Of a DNA stretch of 64,000 nt, positions 47,066 to 57,162 are shown piece after piece. A model generated the notes under the pieces. It was not told the DNA's origin. It was given only the letters and a program-made list of their open reading frames with translations, and made no database searches. This stretch comes from Desulfomonilia bacterium (lineage in GTDB: Bacteria > Desulfobacterota > Desulfomonilia > UBA1062). The first letter of the stretch is position 1. Each line of letters begins with the position of its first letter. Made by a program: the position numbers and the translations under genes. The stretch covers positions 288,001 through 352,000 of the forward strand of contig CAXXDQ010000004.1 in assembly GCA_963664325.2 (NCBI GenBank), given 5' to 3'.

Positions 47066-47167
47066 TTATTTGGCTGCTTTTTTCGATGCCTTTTCAAGCC
47101 TTTTTTCTTTCAATGTTTTTGTGGGTTTCTTTTTTGCATCCTTTTTTATATCCTGGCTCTTGGACAT
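47066..47167 (-). CDS. 33-aa lysine-rich small protein (absent from the ORF track)
   Basis: MSKSQDIKKDAKKKPTKTLKEKRLEKASKKAAK, preceded by AAAGGAG-aacccc-ATG. Confidence 0.7.
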   Translation of the reverse strand: MSKSQDIKKDAKKKPTKTLKEKRLEKASKKAAK

Positions 47168-47229
47168 GGGGTTCTCCTTTTCTGATTTTTATTGACCCTT
47201 ACTGATTATATTTTAATCAGATTTAGTTT

Positions 47230-47610
47230 TCAATCAACCCCGGATTTATCTGCATGTTTTTTTATAAAGACCCTTATCATGTACCTCGATATCAAATCGG
47301 CCCCCTTGTAGCTGTGAATTCCGAGTAACAACATAGATATTCCGAACACGGCCCAGGACAGTCCATAGGTGACTGGGCCGCCGATGACAAGGATCAGCGG
47401 TTCATGGAAATAAAACGCCAGAATCCCGCATAATCCCACTGCCGGCCATCCTATCAGATAGCTCAAGCCCAGAAGGATGAGCCCGATTATAACCTTCGGA
47501 GGCGGAGCCTGCTTGAAATAGCCGAGGTCGATTTCTTCTTCAAGGGCCTTGCGCCCGTATTCGGTGCGGGCAACCCTCTCGGCTATTTTTTTAAGAACAG
47601 GCATTTCCAA
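47230..47610 (-). CDS. Small hypothetical membrane protein (2 TM)
   Basis: Two hydrophobic segments; starts 2 bp after the upstream KS stop. Confidence 0.65.
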   Translation of the reverse strand: MEMPVLKKIAERVARTEYGRKALEEEIDLGYFKQAPPPKVIIGLILLGLSYLIGWPAVGLCGILAFYFHEPLILVIGGPVTYGLSWAVFGISMLLLGIHSYKGADLISRYMIRVFIKKHADKSGVD

Positions 47611-47612
47611 GT

Positions 47613-48845
47613 CTATACTTTTTTAAATATAAGAGAAGTGTTTATGCCGCCGAATGCGAAGTTGTTGTTCATGCCGATTGCAAAAGGCTTCTCCACGGCC
47701 TCGTTCATTATGTGGTTGAGCCTTGGAAATTGAGGGTCCGGCGTTTCGAGGTTTTTAGTATGCGCCATAAATCCTTCATTCATCATGCATATGGTGATTA
47801 TGGACTCAAGCGCTCCGCATGCGCCCAACGTATGCCCCATGTAGCCCTTGAAAGCGCTTACAGGGACCTTGTCACCGAACACCATTGATATGGCTGCGGC
47901 CTCGGCTGTGTCGCCTACATCGGTGGCAGTGGCATGGGCATTGACATGCCCTATTTCATCAGGATCCATACCTGCATCCTTGAGCGCAAGAAGCATCACC
48001 CCTGCCATGCCGTCAGCGCTCGGATTGGTCAGGTGCGCACCGTCGCAGTTGGTTGCATATCCGGTTATCTCGGCATATATTTTCGCACCGCGCACTTTGG
48101 CATGCTCATATTCCTCCAGCACCAGGCAGCCTGCACCTTCCCCTACCACCAGGCCGTCGCGTTCCGCATCGAAAGGTCTGGGTGTTTTGTCCGGAGTGTC
48201 GTTGTATTTTACCGATGTCGCCCTAAGGAGCTCGAATATGGCCGCATTGTAAAAATGCATTTCTTCGGCTCCTCCCGAGAGCATAACGGTTGCCTTGCCG
48301 TTTTTAATCGCCTCATATCCGAAACCTATCCCCTGCGAGCCCGAAACACAGGCCGTGCAGGATGCAACCAGAGGCCCCTTTGTATGAAACATCATTGAAA
48401 TATTTGCAGCGCATGTGTGGCTCATGAACTTAAGGTATGTGGATGATTCAAGTCCTAAGAGGCTGCCATTTTTTGAATAATCCCTTGTGAATTCCTCCAT
48501 GGCCTGCGAACTGCCTTCCGTTGAACCGTATGAAACACCGCACTTCCCGGAGCCTATGAAATCATCATCGAGCCCGGAATCTTTAACCGCATCCATAACC
48601 GAAAGGGCGGCCAGTATCGACAGGCGTCCCATGCTCCTCCTGACCGGCCTGGGAATTACTTTTTCATCGATGCCATCGCATACCCCTGAAAGGCGGGTGC
48701 GCATATGTCCTACCTTTTCCCATTCAGGAATATATCTTACCCCGCTCTTGCCTTCGATCAGTGATTTCTTCAGCTCATTCATCGTGTGGCCTATCGGCGA
48801 ACGGAAGCCTATCCCGGTAACAACCACCCGGATATCGTTTGTCAT
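47613..48845 (-). CDS. Beta-ketoacyl-ACP synthase (FabF/ApeR-like)
   Basis: KFMSHT, TACVSGSQ, HATAT, GHTLGACG, NNFAFGG. Confidence 0.92.
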   Translation of the reverse strand: MTNDIRVVVTGIGFRSPIGHTMNELKKSLIEGKSGVRYIPEWEKVGHMRTRLSGVCDGIDEKVIPRPVRRSMGRLSILAALSVMDAVKDSGLDDDFIGSGKCGVSYGSTEGSSQAMEEFTRDYSKNGSLLGLESSTYLKFMSHTCAANISMMFHTKGPLVASCTACVSGSQGIGFGYEAIKNGKATVMLSGGAEEMHFYNAAIFELLRATSVKYNDTPDKTPRPFDAERDGLVVGEGAGCLVLEEYEHAKVRGAKIYAEITGYATNCDGAHLTNPSADGMAGVMLLALKDAGMDPDEIGHVNAHATATDVGDTAEAAAISMVFGDKVPVSAFKGYMGHTLGACGALESIITICMMNEGFMAHTKNLETPDPQFPRLNHIMNEAVEKPFAIGMNNNFAFGGINTSLIFKKV

Positions 48846-48866
48846 ATACGGCTCCTGATTATGATT

Positions 48867-49649
48867 TTATTTTTTATGGTTTTTATCATGACCGAGCCCC
48901 AGATGCTCCCTGAACGTCTTTTCCAGTTCCTTTGCCGCCTTCATTTCCCGGCCTGCCTTCGGGGGAGGGACAGGTTCAAGAAATTCGGCTTCGAAAACAG
49001 ATTTTTCATACTGCGGGTAATACCACTTGTCTTCTTTGGGCATGAACGGCGGATTGTTTCTGATCAGCACGGGCTGTATCGGCACGCCCGCCACCCTTGC
49101 AACCTTGAAGGCCCCCGACTTGAACCCCAGCAGTTCCCCTTTCGGAGACCGGGTGCCTTCGGGAAAAAGCATGAACCTGCGGCCTGATTTAAGCACATCG
49201 ACTATACTGCTGGTCAACTGTACGGCTGCAGACAAATCATCTTCACCGGATGCAAATATAAAGCCGGCGTGCGCGAATATCCTTCCTAAACCCGGAAGCG
49301 CTTTCAGGGACTGTTTCGCCAGCAATGACAATCCCGGGATGTCGCGAACCAATACAAGCACGTCAAAGAGTCCGGGATGGTTTGCCACAATGACACACGG
49401 ACCGCTGGCCATCGTCCCCTTTATCCTTTCCGCCTTGAAAAGACCGCCTGCATCGAGCAGCTTCAGCCATAAGCTGAAATGAAACCGGTTAATGCGCTGC
49501 ATCAGGTACCTGTCTTTTCCGCCAAGGGCATTATAGACGTTTATGAACGGGATGAAAAAAAGGAAGGCCGACAGCATGCCGATTTCGAATACGGCGAACA
49601 TGAAAAACATATAAACGCCCTTGGCATATCTGACGGCAGGCCTGATCAT
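48867..49649 (-). CDS. Lysophospholipid acyltransferase (PlsC/ApeD-like)
   Basis: ANHPGLFD (HX4D), FPEGTRS. Confidence 0.9.
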   Translation of the reverse strand: MIRPAVRYAKGVYMFFMFAVFEIGMLSAFLFFIPFINVYNALGGKDRYLMQRINRFHFSLWLKLLDAGGLFKAERIKGTMASGPCVIVANHPGLFDVLVLVRDIPGLSLLAKQSLKALPGLGRIFAHAGFIFASGEDDLSAAVQLTSSIVDVLKSGRRFMLFPEGTRSPKGELLGFKSGAFKVARVAGVPIQPVLIRNNPPFMPKEDKWYYPQYEKSVFEAEFLEPVPPPKAGREMKAAKELEKTFREHLGLGHDKNHKK

Positions 49650-51376
49650 TATCTGCCTTCCCGTCTTATCTTGAGCCCGTTAGTATAGGGCATGACTGCA
49701 ACCGCCCATGTGCCAGGCCCCATATGTGTGCCGGAAGTAAGCGAGAGCGGCTGCAATATTATTTCAGAGCCGTTGAATTCTTCTTGTAAAAGCGGTTTTA
49801 TTTCCGCCTCAAGCATTTCCCGGTTGTCTGAATACTCGAGCATTATAATTGCGTCCCTGCCCTTTAAAAGCTCCCGGAGCCTCTTTAAGGCAAACGCTGT
49901 CTGGTCTTTGCGGTTGCGTACTACCCCAAGCTTTTTCACGCCTTCAGGCTGCGGGCTTACAACAGGTTTCATGTTCAGCATATCTGCAAAAAAACCGCTT
50001 GCCTTCGAAACCCTGCCGCCTGCGACAAGGTACTGAAGCTTGTCTATAAAGACATATTCCTCGCATAAAAGGGCGGCCCTGCCGGCAAATTCGATCACAT
50101 CTTCAGGAGATGCCGCTTCGAGTGAATACCGCGCAACCGCCAGCACCATAAGGCCCAGCCTTCCCGATGCTGCGCCCGTATCTATTACGGTAAGCCTGTT
50201 ATCAGGGTCGTGAGCGGCTTTCCATTCGGATGCAACCTGATAATTGCCGGTGAAGGCGGAACCCACGCAAAGGTAGAGAGCTCTACCGTAAAGTCCGAGC
50301 ACTTTCTCATAGTGCTGGTACCTTTCAAAGACCGAGGCCTGGGCCGTTGTGGCCCTTATTCCTTTCCTCATCGACGAGTACAGCAGCGAAGGCTCCAGGC
50401 ATGTTTCGGGCATGTCCAGTCTGCCCAGGGATATGTAGCTGTCAAGCAGTGAAAACCCCAGTCCTGCGGCATCATTTCTCGTGACGCTGCCTGCGGCATC
50501 GGTAACGATATGCAGAGCGGGCTTTAACGAAACACAGAAATTTTTTGTCTGCTCCTTAAGATCATCTTCAGACCACTTTACCACTCTCCCCAGCTTTGAT
50601 ACGGAGCTGCGGACCGACTCCGAAGAATTTGAATGCAGGTGAATCTTGATATAGTCATCTTGCCTTATTGCCACAACGCTCTCATCAAAGCGTCCGATTT
50701 CATCGCTGAGGTTCTGGTTGTCGCCGTTGATCTTCATGACGAAATCGATGCAGCTCCCTGAAATGCCTTCTTCCTTTTTCCAGTCGGCGCTTATGGAAAG
50801 GCGGTCGTTGAAGAGTTCTGCAATATGATTCATCTCGTCGCGGGTGCCATTCAGGGCGTTGAAAAACGCATCAAAAAAAATGAACATGCCCAGGGCGCCG
50901 GAATCGACCACCATGGCCTTTTTAAGCTCCGGATTTATCTCGGTGGTTGCCATCACCGCGTCCTTCAGGTTTTCCAGTATGTTTTTTTTGTCGGCAATTT
51001 TTTCACCGGTTTTGGCCAGCTCTTCAAGAGTTACGAATATATCCAGCATGGTCCCTTTTCTGGGCTCCGGCACTGCGCCAAACGCCCTCTTCCTGCCCAC
51101 ACTTACGGCATGTGCCATGTCCCGGTGCGGATTACTGGACAGGAATCCGGTAAAAAAGCTCGCGGCAATGTTTCCGGAATTCCCCCTGGCCGAAAGCAGA
51201 AGGTCGTTTATAATCGAATCGCTGGGGAGGACCCTCAGGGGAGCAAGGCTCAGAACAAGGTTTCTGCCGGTATCTCCGTCGGCAACCGGAAACACGTTTA
51301 TGCTGTCAAGCAGGTCCGACCATGCAGCAAGCCTTTCGGTACCGGCGGAAAGCGCAGAGAGGAATTCAGATGTCAT
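49649..51376 (-). CDS. DAK2 (FakA-like) - DegV (FakB-like) fusion protein
   Basis: INVFPVADGDTG.N, ARGNSG, GTMLD, VVDSGA; then DegV IVTDA, TTAQ, DTGAAS, GGRVS, HMGPG; start moved to ATG 51376. Confidence 0.85.
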   Translation of the reverse strand: MTSEFLSALSAGTERLAAWSDLLDSINVFPVADGDTGRNLVLSLAPLRVLPSDSIINDLLLSARGNSGNIAASFFTGFLSSNPHRDMAHAVSVGRKRAFGAVPEPRKGTMLDIFVTLEELAKTGEKIADKKNILENLKDAVMATTEINPELKKAMVVDSGALGMFIFFDAFFNALNGTRDEMNHIAELFNDRLSISADWKKEEGISGSCIDFVMKINGDNQNLSDEIGRFDESVVAIRQDDYIKIHLHSNSSESVRSSVSKLGRVVKWSEDDLKEQTKNFCVSLKPALHIVTDAAGSVTRNDAAGLGFSLLDSYISLGRLDMPETCLEPSLLYSSMRKGIRATTAQASVFERYQHYEKVLGLYGRALYLCVGSAFTGNYQVASEWKAAHDPDNRLTVIDTGAASGRLGLMVLAVARYSLEAASPEDVIEFAGRAALLCEEYVFIDKLQYLVAGGRVSKASGFFADMLNMKPVVSPQPEGVKKLGVVRNRKDQTAFALKRLRELLKGRDAIIMLEYSDNREMLEAEIKPLLQEEFNGSEIILQPLSLTSGTHMGPGTWAVAVMPYTNGLKIRREGR

Positions 51377-51791
51377 TCGGGGTCTCCAATGCGTCACGGA
51401 TATCCTTTGGTATCTCAAGGTCCATCCCCGAACCCGTAAACAGGACAGCGGCCTGCTCGGTCGTTCCTGTGGCGCAGAGCAAGTTGTCCGATATCCTGCG
51501 GATGGCGAAATCCATGATGATTTTTCTTTTGGCCCCCTTCAAATAGGCCGTGCAAATGATTTCATCCCTAACCTTTAAAGGTGCGATGTACTTTACGGAA
51601 ACCCGGATGACAGGGAAAAGGTAGTGGAATCTGCAAAAGTAGTCATAGAGGTCAATGCCCTTTTCAGAAAACAGGGCGTCTCTGGCGATCTCGAAATACT
51701 TCAGGTAATTTCCGTGCCACACGACCTGCATCGCATCAGTGTCATGAAAGGGAATGCTCAGTTTTACCGAATGTTCAAACAAGGAGCCCAT
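51366..51791 (-). CDS. 4HBT-family hotdog thioesterase (ApeK-like)
   Basis: FHDTDAMQVVWHGNYLKYFE.AR. Confidence 0.9.
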   Translation of the reverse strand: MGSLFEHSVKLSIPFHDTDAMQVVWHGNYLKYFEIARDALFSEKGIDLYDYFCRFHYLFPVIRVSVKYIAPLKVRDEIICTAYLKGAKRKIIMDFAIRRISDNLLCATGTTEQAAVLFTGSGMDLEIPKDIRDALETPNDI

Positions 51792-51795
51792 TTTA

Positions 51796-53328
51796 TCAAT
51801 CCCACGTCATTTCATATAAAGCCGAGGCCAGCCTGCCGATGTCCTTTCCCATTTCCCTGTCTGTTGCCGCATCTTGAACGACATCTCGAACCAAGGATAC
51901 GATTTTCTTGATTTCGGGTCTCAATTCAAGCCCTCCCCTTATCTCGCAGGCCTGCACAGCCGCCATAAGATGGACCGCAACCATGCTTGATACCAGCTCG
52001 CACTGCCTCAGCGCATCCCGGGCCGCAATCGTCCCAAGGCTGACCTTGTCCTGGTTGTGCGATTCGGTCGAGCGGGAAAAAGACGCCACGGGCATGGTGT
52101 TTTTGAGCGCCTCGGCGGCCAGGGCCGAGGCCGTTATCTGCATGCCCTTGAATCCATGGTGCTTGATGTACTGATTCCCTTTTACCTTGACAAGGTTAGA
52201 AGGCAGGCCGCGGTTGAAACGCGTATCGACAAGCAGCGCCATCTGGCGGTCGAGGAGGTCGGCCATCTGCGCAAGGGCGCTTTTCAGGCTATCCATTGCA
52301 AAGGCTATGTGGCCTCCATAAAAATTTCCTCCCATTAAAACGGCTCCGGTCTCAGAATCGAACAGGGGGTTGTCATTTGAGCTGTTGATTTCCGTAACCA
52401 CCCATTTTTCCACCCAGCAAACGGCATCTGCGACAACGCCCAGTATCTGAGGTACGCATCTTATCGAATAGGGGTCCTGCAGGTGGTCGTTATGCCCTGA
52501 CTCCCCGGGGTTTCCCCCTGATTCAAGCAGCTTCCTTAATTTTCTCCCTGTCATTATCTGGCCGGGATGCGCTTTGGAATCGGTTATAACTTCGTGGAAG
52601 TGGTCTGCGTGCCCCTTCAACGCATGCACGGTAAGGGCGGTTGCCGCTATTGCGGCTTCAAGTATCTTTTTTGAACGGTACAGCGCCACAGCGGCGATGC
52701 CGGTCATGACCGAGGTCCCGTTCAAGATGCCGAGCGGTTCCTTGGGTTTGAAGGTGTACGGCTTAAGACCTGCCGTAGCGAGGGCCCTGGCAGACTCCAT
52801 GATTTCCCCTTTGTAGACGACCTCCCTCTTTCCGGCCAGGCAGGCCGCCAGATATGAAAGCGGAGTGAGGTCACCGGATGCGCCTACCGAGCCCAGTGAC
52901 GGGATAACAGGGGTAATACCTGCGTTTAAAAAAGCTGCAATCTGACTGAGCAGCTCGACCGTGACACCGGACAGCCCCCTTGAAAGCGAGATTATCCTGC
53001 ACATCATAGCAGCGCGCGTCTCTTTTACACCCAGGGGTTCCCCGGTGCCGCATCCGTGATATGTAATGAGGTTATTGCCAAGGCTTTCAATATCTTCAGG
53101 GCCTATCCTGTTTCCGCATGAGGCGCCGTAACCAGTGGTCACACCATATACAGGGGTTCCCTGAGATATAGCCATGTTAAGGACTTTCCTGCTTGCCTCC
53201 ATTCTTGAAACAAACTCATCAGATTTGCTTATAAAGACCTTTGCCCGTGCATCGGCAATATCGATAAGTCTGACAAGGCTAATGCTTTTATCTCCGATGA
53301 TAACATCCGATTTCTTGTGGGCGTTCAT
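51796..53328 (-). CDS. MIO-dependent aromatic amino acid ammonia-lyase (PAL/TAL-like)
   Basis: YGVTTG, GASGDL (MIO), QDPYSIRC, DNP, GGNF, SHNQDKVS. Confidence 0.92.
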   Translation of the reverse strand: MNAHKKSDVIIGDKSISLVRLIDIADARAKVFISKSDEFVSRMEASRKVLNMAISQGTPVYGVTTGYGASCGNRIGPEDIESLGNNLITYHGCGTGEPLGVKETRAAMMCRIISLSRGLSGVTVELLSQIAAFLNAGITPVIPSLGSVGASGDLTPLSYLAACLAGKREVVYKGEIMESARALATAGLKPYTFKPKEPLGILNGTSVMTGIAAVALYRSKKILEAAIAATALTVHALKGHADHFHEVITDSKAHPGQIMTGRKLRKLLESGGNPGESGHNDHLQDPYSIRCVPQILGVVADAVCWVEKWVVTEINSSNDNPLFDSETGAVLMGGNFYGGHIAFAMDSLKSALAQMADLLDRQMALLVDTRFNRGLPSNLVKVKGNQYIKHHGFKGMQITASALAAEALKNTMPVASFSRSTESHNQDKVSLGTIAARDALRQCELVSSMVAVHLMAAVQACEIRGGLELRPEIKKIVSLVRDVVQDAATDREMGKDIGRLASALYEMTWD

Positions 53329-53360
53329 TTGTTAACTGCTATAAGCATTGCCCCTAATTG

Positions 53361-54786
53361 TCAAGAAACGGGTTTGAAGTGCCGGATCAGGCCTTTCTTG
53401 ACAAACATGTTTTTTATTGATTTCCGGGTGAGCGAGACAAAATCTGTAAATGAATATTCGGGAAACTTGATCAGACCTTCGGTCATGGAAATGGTTTTCC
53501 TGTCCTCTTTGTCCCAGAAGGTGATGCTCCTGGGTTTGTAGACCTCGGGCGCCCTGAGCAGGAAATCAACGTCCAGCAGTTCGCCGGGGCAGCATATATC
53601 GACCTTTAACCCTTGAAGAAAAGGCCTCGCAAAGCTTTTCATAAGACTCCGGGGAGTACTCCTTCTTTTTATTGTGCGTTTCGACCCTCAGCACGATTTT
53701 GCCGCCTTCAACGATCAGATAATAGACAGGGCTGTCAAACTGTTTTGAAAAGTCCATGACGGCATCCTCTGCGTTCAGGAAATAGACCTTTTTCTTATCA
53801 GAGCTTATCACCTCATCGGACCTTCCCAGCACCTCGATAACAGGATTCGGGTTGCCGCAGACGCATGTTTTCTCCGATATACGCGCATAGTCGCCCGTGT
53901 TGTATCTGATCATTGGAGCAGCCTGTCTGTAATATGAAGTTATTACAGCCAGGCCGACATCCCCTTTTTGAACCGGCTTTGCTGTTTTATCATCGAGAAT
54001 TTCAACGATATGCGCACCTTCATGAATATGCAGGTTTCCCTTTTCGCAGGTTGATGCAATTCCCCCGCATTCGGTGCTGCCGTAGACCGTCGACATTTTC
54101 GCATCCCATTTTTCCTCGATGTAATTCCTGAGCGAGTCCGGTACTATCCGGCCGGAAGTCAGGATGTGGCCCACGGTTTTAAAATCCCTCCTGATATCGT
54201 AGTTCATATACTTTGCAACCATTTCAAGGATGATCATTTCAGTGGGAAGGCAGCATATCGCCTCAACCTCGAGCCTTTTTATTATGTCCAGGACCCTGGC
54301 ATAAGGCATATTCCAGCTCAAATAACCTACAGGCAGGACTATTCCGCCGTCCTGCCTGCATTTTTCCTCAATCACAAAGGGAGGGATGGCAAAGCTGTAT
54401 GGAAACCTGTTGAGCACCTTCATCCCGGGTTTTATGCACGAGGTCCAGTCGCGGGTGATCTTGACCTCGTTAAGATAGTCTTCACCCGAATACCATGACG
54501 AGATGGGCGCGCCCGTCGTGCCGAATGATTCATGGTAATGCCAGACCCCTGCTTTATCCATAATGAGATTGTCCGCCGGGCGAATGCTTCTCAGTATTTC
54601 TTTTGAAGTGAGCGGAAGACCGATAAAATCATCCCAGGTTAAAAGTTCTTTGTTTTGAAACGAGGATTTATAAAGCGGCGTTTCTTTCAGCCTGTTGAAC
54701 AATGCTTTGATAACATCAAAATCCGGCAGACTGCTGTTTGAGTCGAGCAAAGACTGAGCCAAAGAATCCATGGGGTCTCCAATCAT
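53361..54786 (-). pseudogene. Phenylacetate-CoA ligase-family gene with a +1 frameshift near the 3' end (or a sequencing error)
   Basis: HESFGTTG, YGSTE, PMIRYNTGD; removing one T from TTT 53605-53607 joins ..FSSRV to KVDICCPGELL..YKP and ends at 53361, 33 bp before the lyase start. Confidence 0.75.
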
Positions 54787-55245
54787 AGAATTTGACGGTT
54801 CAAAATTGTTAACATAATAGACTCATTGACACAAGCCGATCGTACCGAGACATTACTGTTCAAAACATCTGGCCGCAAAATATCGGCCCGATACAGAGAG
54901 TCATACCTTATATTTTAAAAGTCTTTCAGCTCTCAAAATTCGTCCTGATTGCCATCTGTCAAATCTATTCTGAAACTTTTCCCAGATCGAAATTATTTAG
55001 GCTGTTACCTTTTGCCGCTGGTCTCCTGTTGACAGCCACGAGGGTCAATGTTATCCAAACTGCAGAGAAAAATTTACACCCGCCGGACCACTCATTCTGC
55101 GGATCTTAGGATCGACATGAGAGGGTTCGCGCAAGAGAACATCAACAGCCCTTGCAATGCTTGTGACAGGCACGATATGGGCGAGGAAATGCATCCCTGA
55201 GACGTAAAGAGGCATGATGGGAAAATTTAATCATATGAGGAGAGA

Positions 55246-56359
55246 ATGATGAGGTGTATCGCTGTTATTAACCAAAAAGGCGGATGCGGCAAGACAACAA
55301 CGACGATGAATCTCGGGGCCTGTCTGGGATTGCTGCAGAAAAAAACCCTCATCGTTGATCTGGACCCCCAGGCACATGCCACTCTGGGCCTCGGTCACGC
55401 GAGAGACAACGACGCCCCGAGCGTTTCAGACCTCCTGATGGAGGACCCTCCAGGCGCCACTGCGGTCGCAACCGCCATCGCAAAGCTCCCCTACAGGCTG
55501 CACCTGCTCCCGTCCGATATCAGCCTCAGCATGGCCGAGCCGGTCCTGCTCCAGCGTCAGAACCGCGAAACAGCCCTGGCCACCATACTTGCACCTCTTG
55601 CCGACCAGTACGATTTCATCCTCATCGACTGTCCGCCTAACATCGGAATCCTGACCTTCAATGCGATCTTCGCCTGCACCGAGGCGATCATACCGATCGA
55701 GAGCGGGCTGTTCGCATTGCACGGCCTGGCCAGGCTCCTGGAAACAATAGAAATCGTGAGCCGGCAGCGCAACCGGGAAATCCCGGCATACGCCCTGGCT
55801 ACGATGTTCGACCGCAGGACGAGGATCGCTCACGAATCGCTCAAGGAAATCAGGACCCACATGCAGGAACATGCATTCAAAACGATCATCAACTACACTG
55901 TGAAGCTGAAGGAAGCCGCCGGATACGGGCAGAGCATCATCGACTATGACATACTGAGCTCGGGCTTCAATGACTACATAAGCCTGGCGCGCGAGGTCAT
56001 AGCGCTGCGCAAAACCAGACAGGTCAGCGACCAGTTCGATTCGACACTTCCTTCCAAATTTCCCCATGAGGTCAGGCCGGACAGGGGCGCCCATGACATC
56101 GGCAGCCTCACACCGGTGGTTACAGAGGAAGGGGTCCTGTTCCGTTATTATTCCCAGGAGGCCTCCCGGGTCCACGTGGTGGCCGGTTCCAAGGAATGGA
56201 CCATCGGAGATGCGCCCATGGAGAACGTCGACCATGGTATGGAAGAGGCTCGTGCCGCTTGCCAGGGGGAAATATGAATATAAATTCTATGTCGATGATA
56301 AAAAATTGTTGAACCATATGATGAAATGCTCTGAAAACATACTTCCTATTTATATATAG
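55246..56359 (+). CDS. ParA/Soj-family ATPase with a frameshifted, truncated C-terminal glycogen-binding (CBM48/AMPK-like) domain
   Basis: NQKGGCGKTTT, DLDPQ, IDCPP; tail GVLFRY..ASRVHVVAG..W..PM continues in another frame as VWKRLVPLARGKYEYKFYVD. The ATPase frame stops at 56277. Confidence 0.75.
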
Positions 56360-56444
56360 CTATATTATTTTACTTAATAACCTTCCTGATTAATAAAACT
56401 AATCAGCATTGACATCTTACAACAGTTTATTTTACACCCGACGG

Positions 56445-57155
56445 ATGCGGTTCTCTTTTGTCATTCCAGTTTATAACCATGCCGGTTCACTGGCCTCCGT
56501 GCTTGACGGGTGCATTAAACTCGGCCTGCCCGTCATCGTCGTGGATGACGGATCCACAGACGGCATATCTGAAGTTTTAAGCCGGTATAGTGATATATCT
56601 GTTGTCAGGCATGAAAAGAACCTGGGCAAAGGAGCGGCAATCCGTTCAGGCCTGAAGGCGGCTTTAGGAATTGCCGATTTTGCCGTGACCCTTGACGCCG
56701 ACGGGCAGCATGCGCCAAGTGATGCCGTTAAACTTATTGAATCGATAAAAGCGGGCGTAAGGCCGATGGTCATAGGAGCGAGAAAAAACATGCAGGGTGA
56801 TGCGGCCGTACCCTGGACCAGCAGGTTCGGCCGTAAGTTTTCCAATTTCTGGGTAAGGCTTTCCGGAGGTCCCGTGCTGACGGACACCCAGAGCGGATTC
56901 CGGATTTATCCGGTGAAAGAAATCCTGGGGCTTAAAAGCAGGGCCAAAAGGTTTCAGTTCGAGGTGGAGATCCTTGTGCTGGCCCACTGGCAAAAAATAC
57001 CTGTCTATGAGGTGCCCGTAAGCGTTGTTTATCCCGAGGCAGGGATGAGGATTTCACATTTCAGGCCTTTTGTCGATTTTCTCAGGAACTCTTTAACCTT
57101 CACCCGTTTGATTGCCATGAGGCTTTTAATACCCCATTCCCTCAGAGGAGCCTGA
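56445..57155 (+). CDS. GT2-family glycosyltransferase (ApeJ N-domain-like)
   Basis: VIPVYN, VDDGSTD, NLGKG, DADGQH, DTQSGFRIYP, SHFRP. Confidence 0.92.
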   Translation: MRFSFVIPVYNHAGSLASVLDGCIKLGLPVIVVDDGSTDGISEVLSRYSDISVVRHEKNLGKGAAIRSGLKAALGIADFAVTLDADGQHAPSDAVKLIESIKAGVRPMVIGARKNMQGDAAVPWTSRFGRKFSNFWVRLSGGPVLTDTQSGFRIYPVKEILGLKSRAKRFQFEVEILVLAHWQKIPVYEVPVSVVYPEAGMRISHFRPFVDFLRNSLTFTRLIAMRLLIPHSLRGA

Positions 57156-57162
57156 GACTGTC

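Noticed and set aside
50825-51578. 204-aa and 244-aa plus-strand ORFs, and the many similar antisense ORFs across the window
   Set aside because: They lie opposite well-supported genes and lack motifs or RBS.
54790-55245. 455-bp intergenic region as riboswitch/ncRNA or sigma54 promoter (AGGCACGATATGGGC; TTGAC-N10-GTCAA)
   Set aside because: I could not match cobalamin, c-di-GMP or other riboswitch cores by eye, and the -12 element lacks TTGC. An Rfam/Infernal scan would settle it.
55426-56235. 269-aa antisense ORF over parA
   Set aside because: Shadow frame of a GC3-rich gene with no recognisable motifs.
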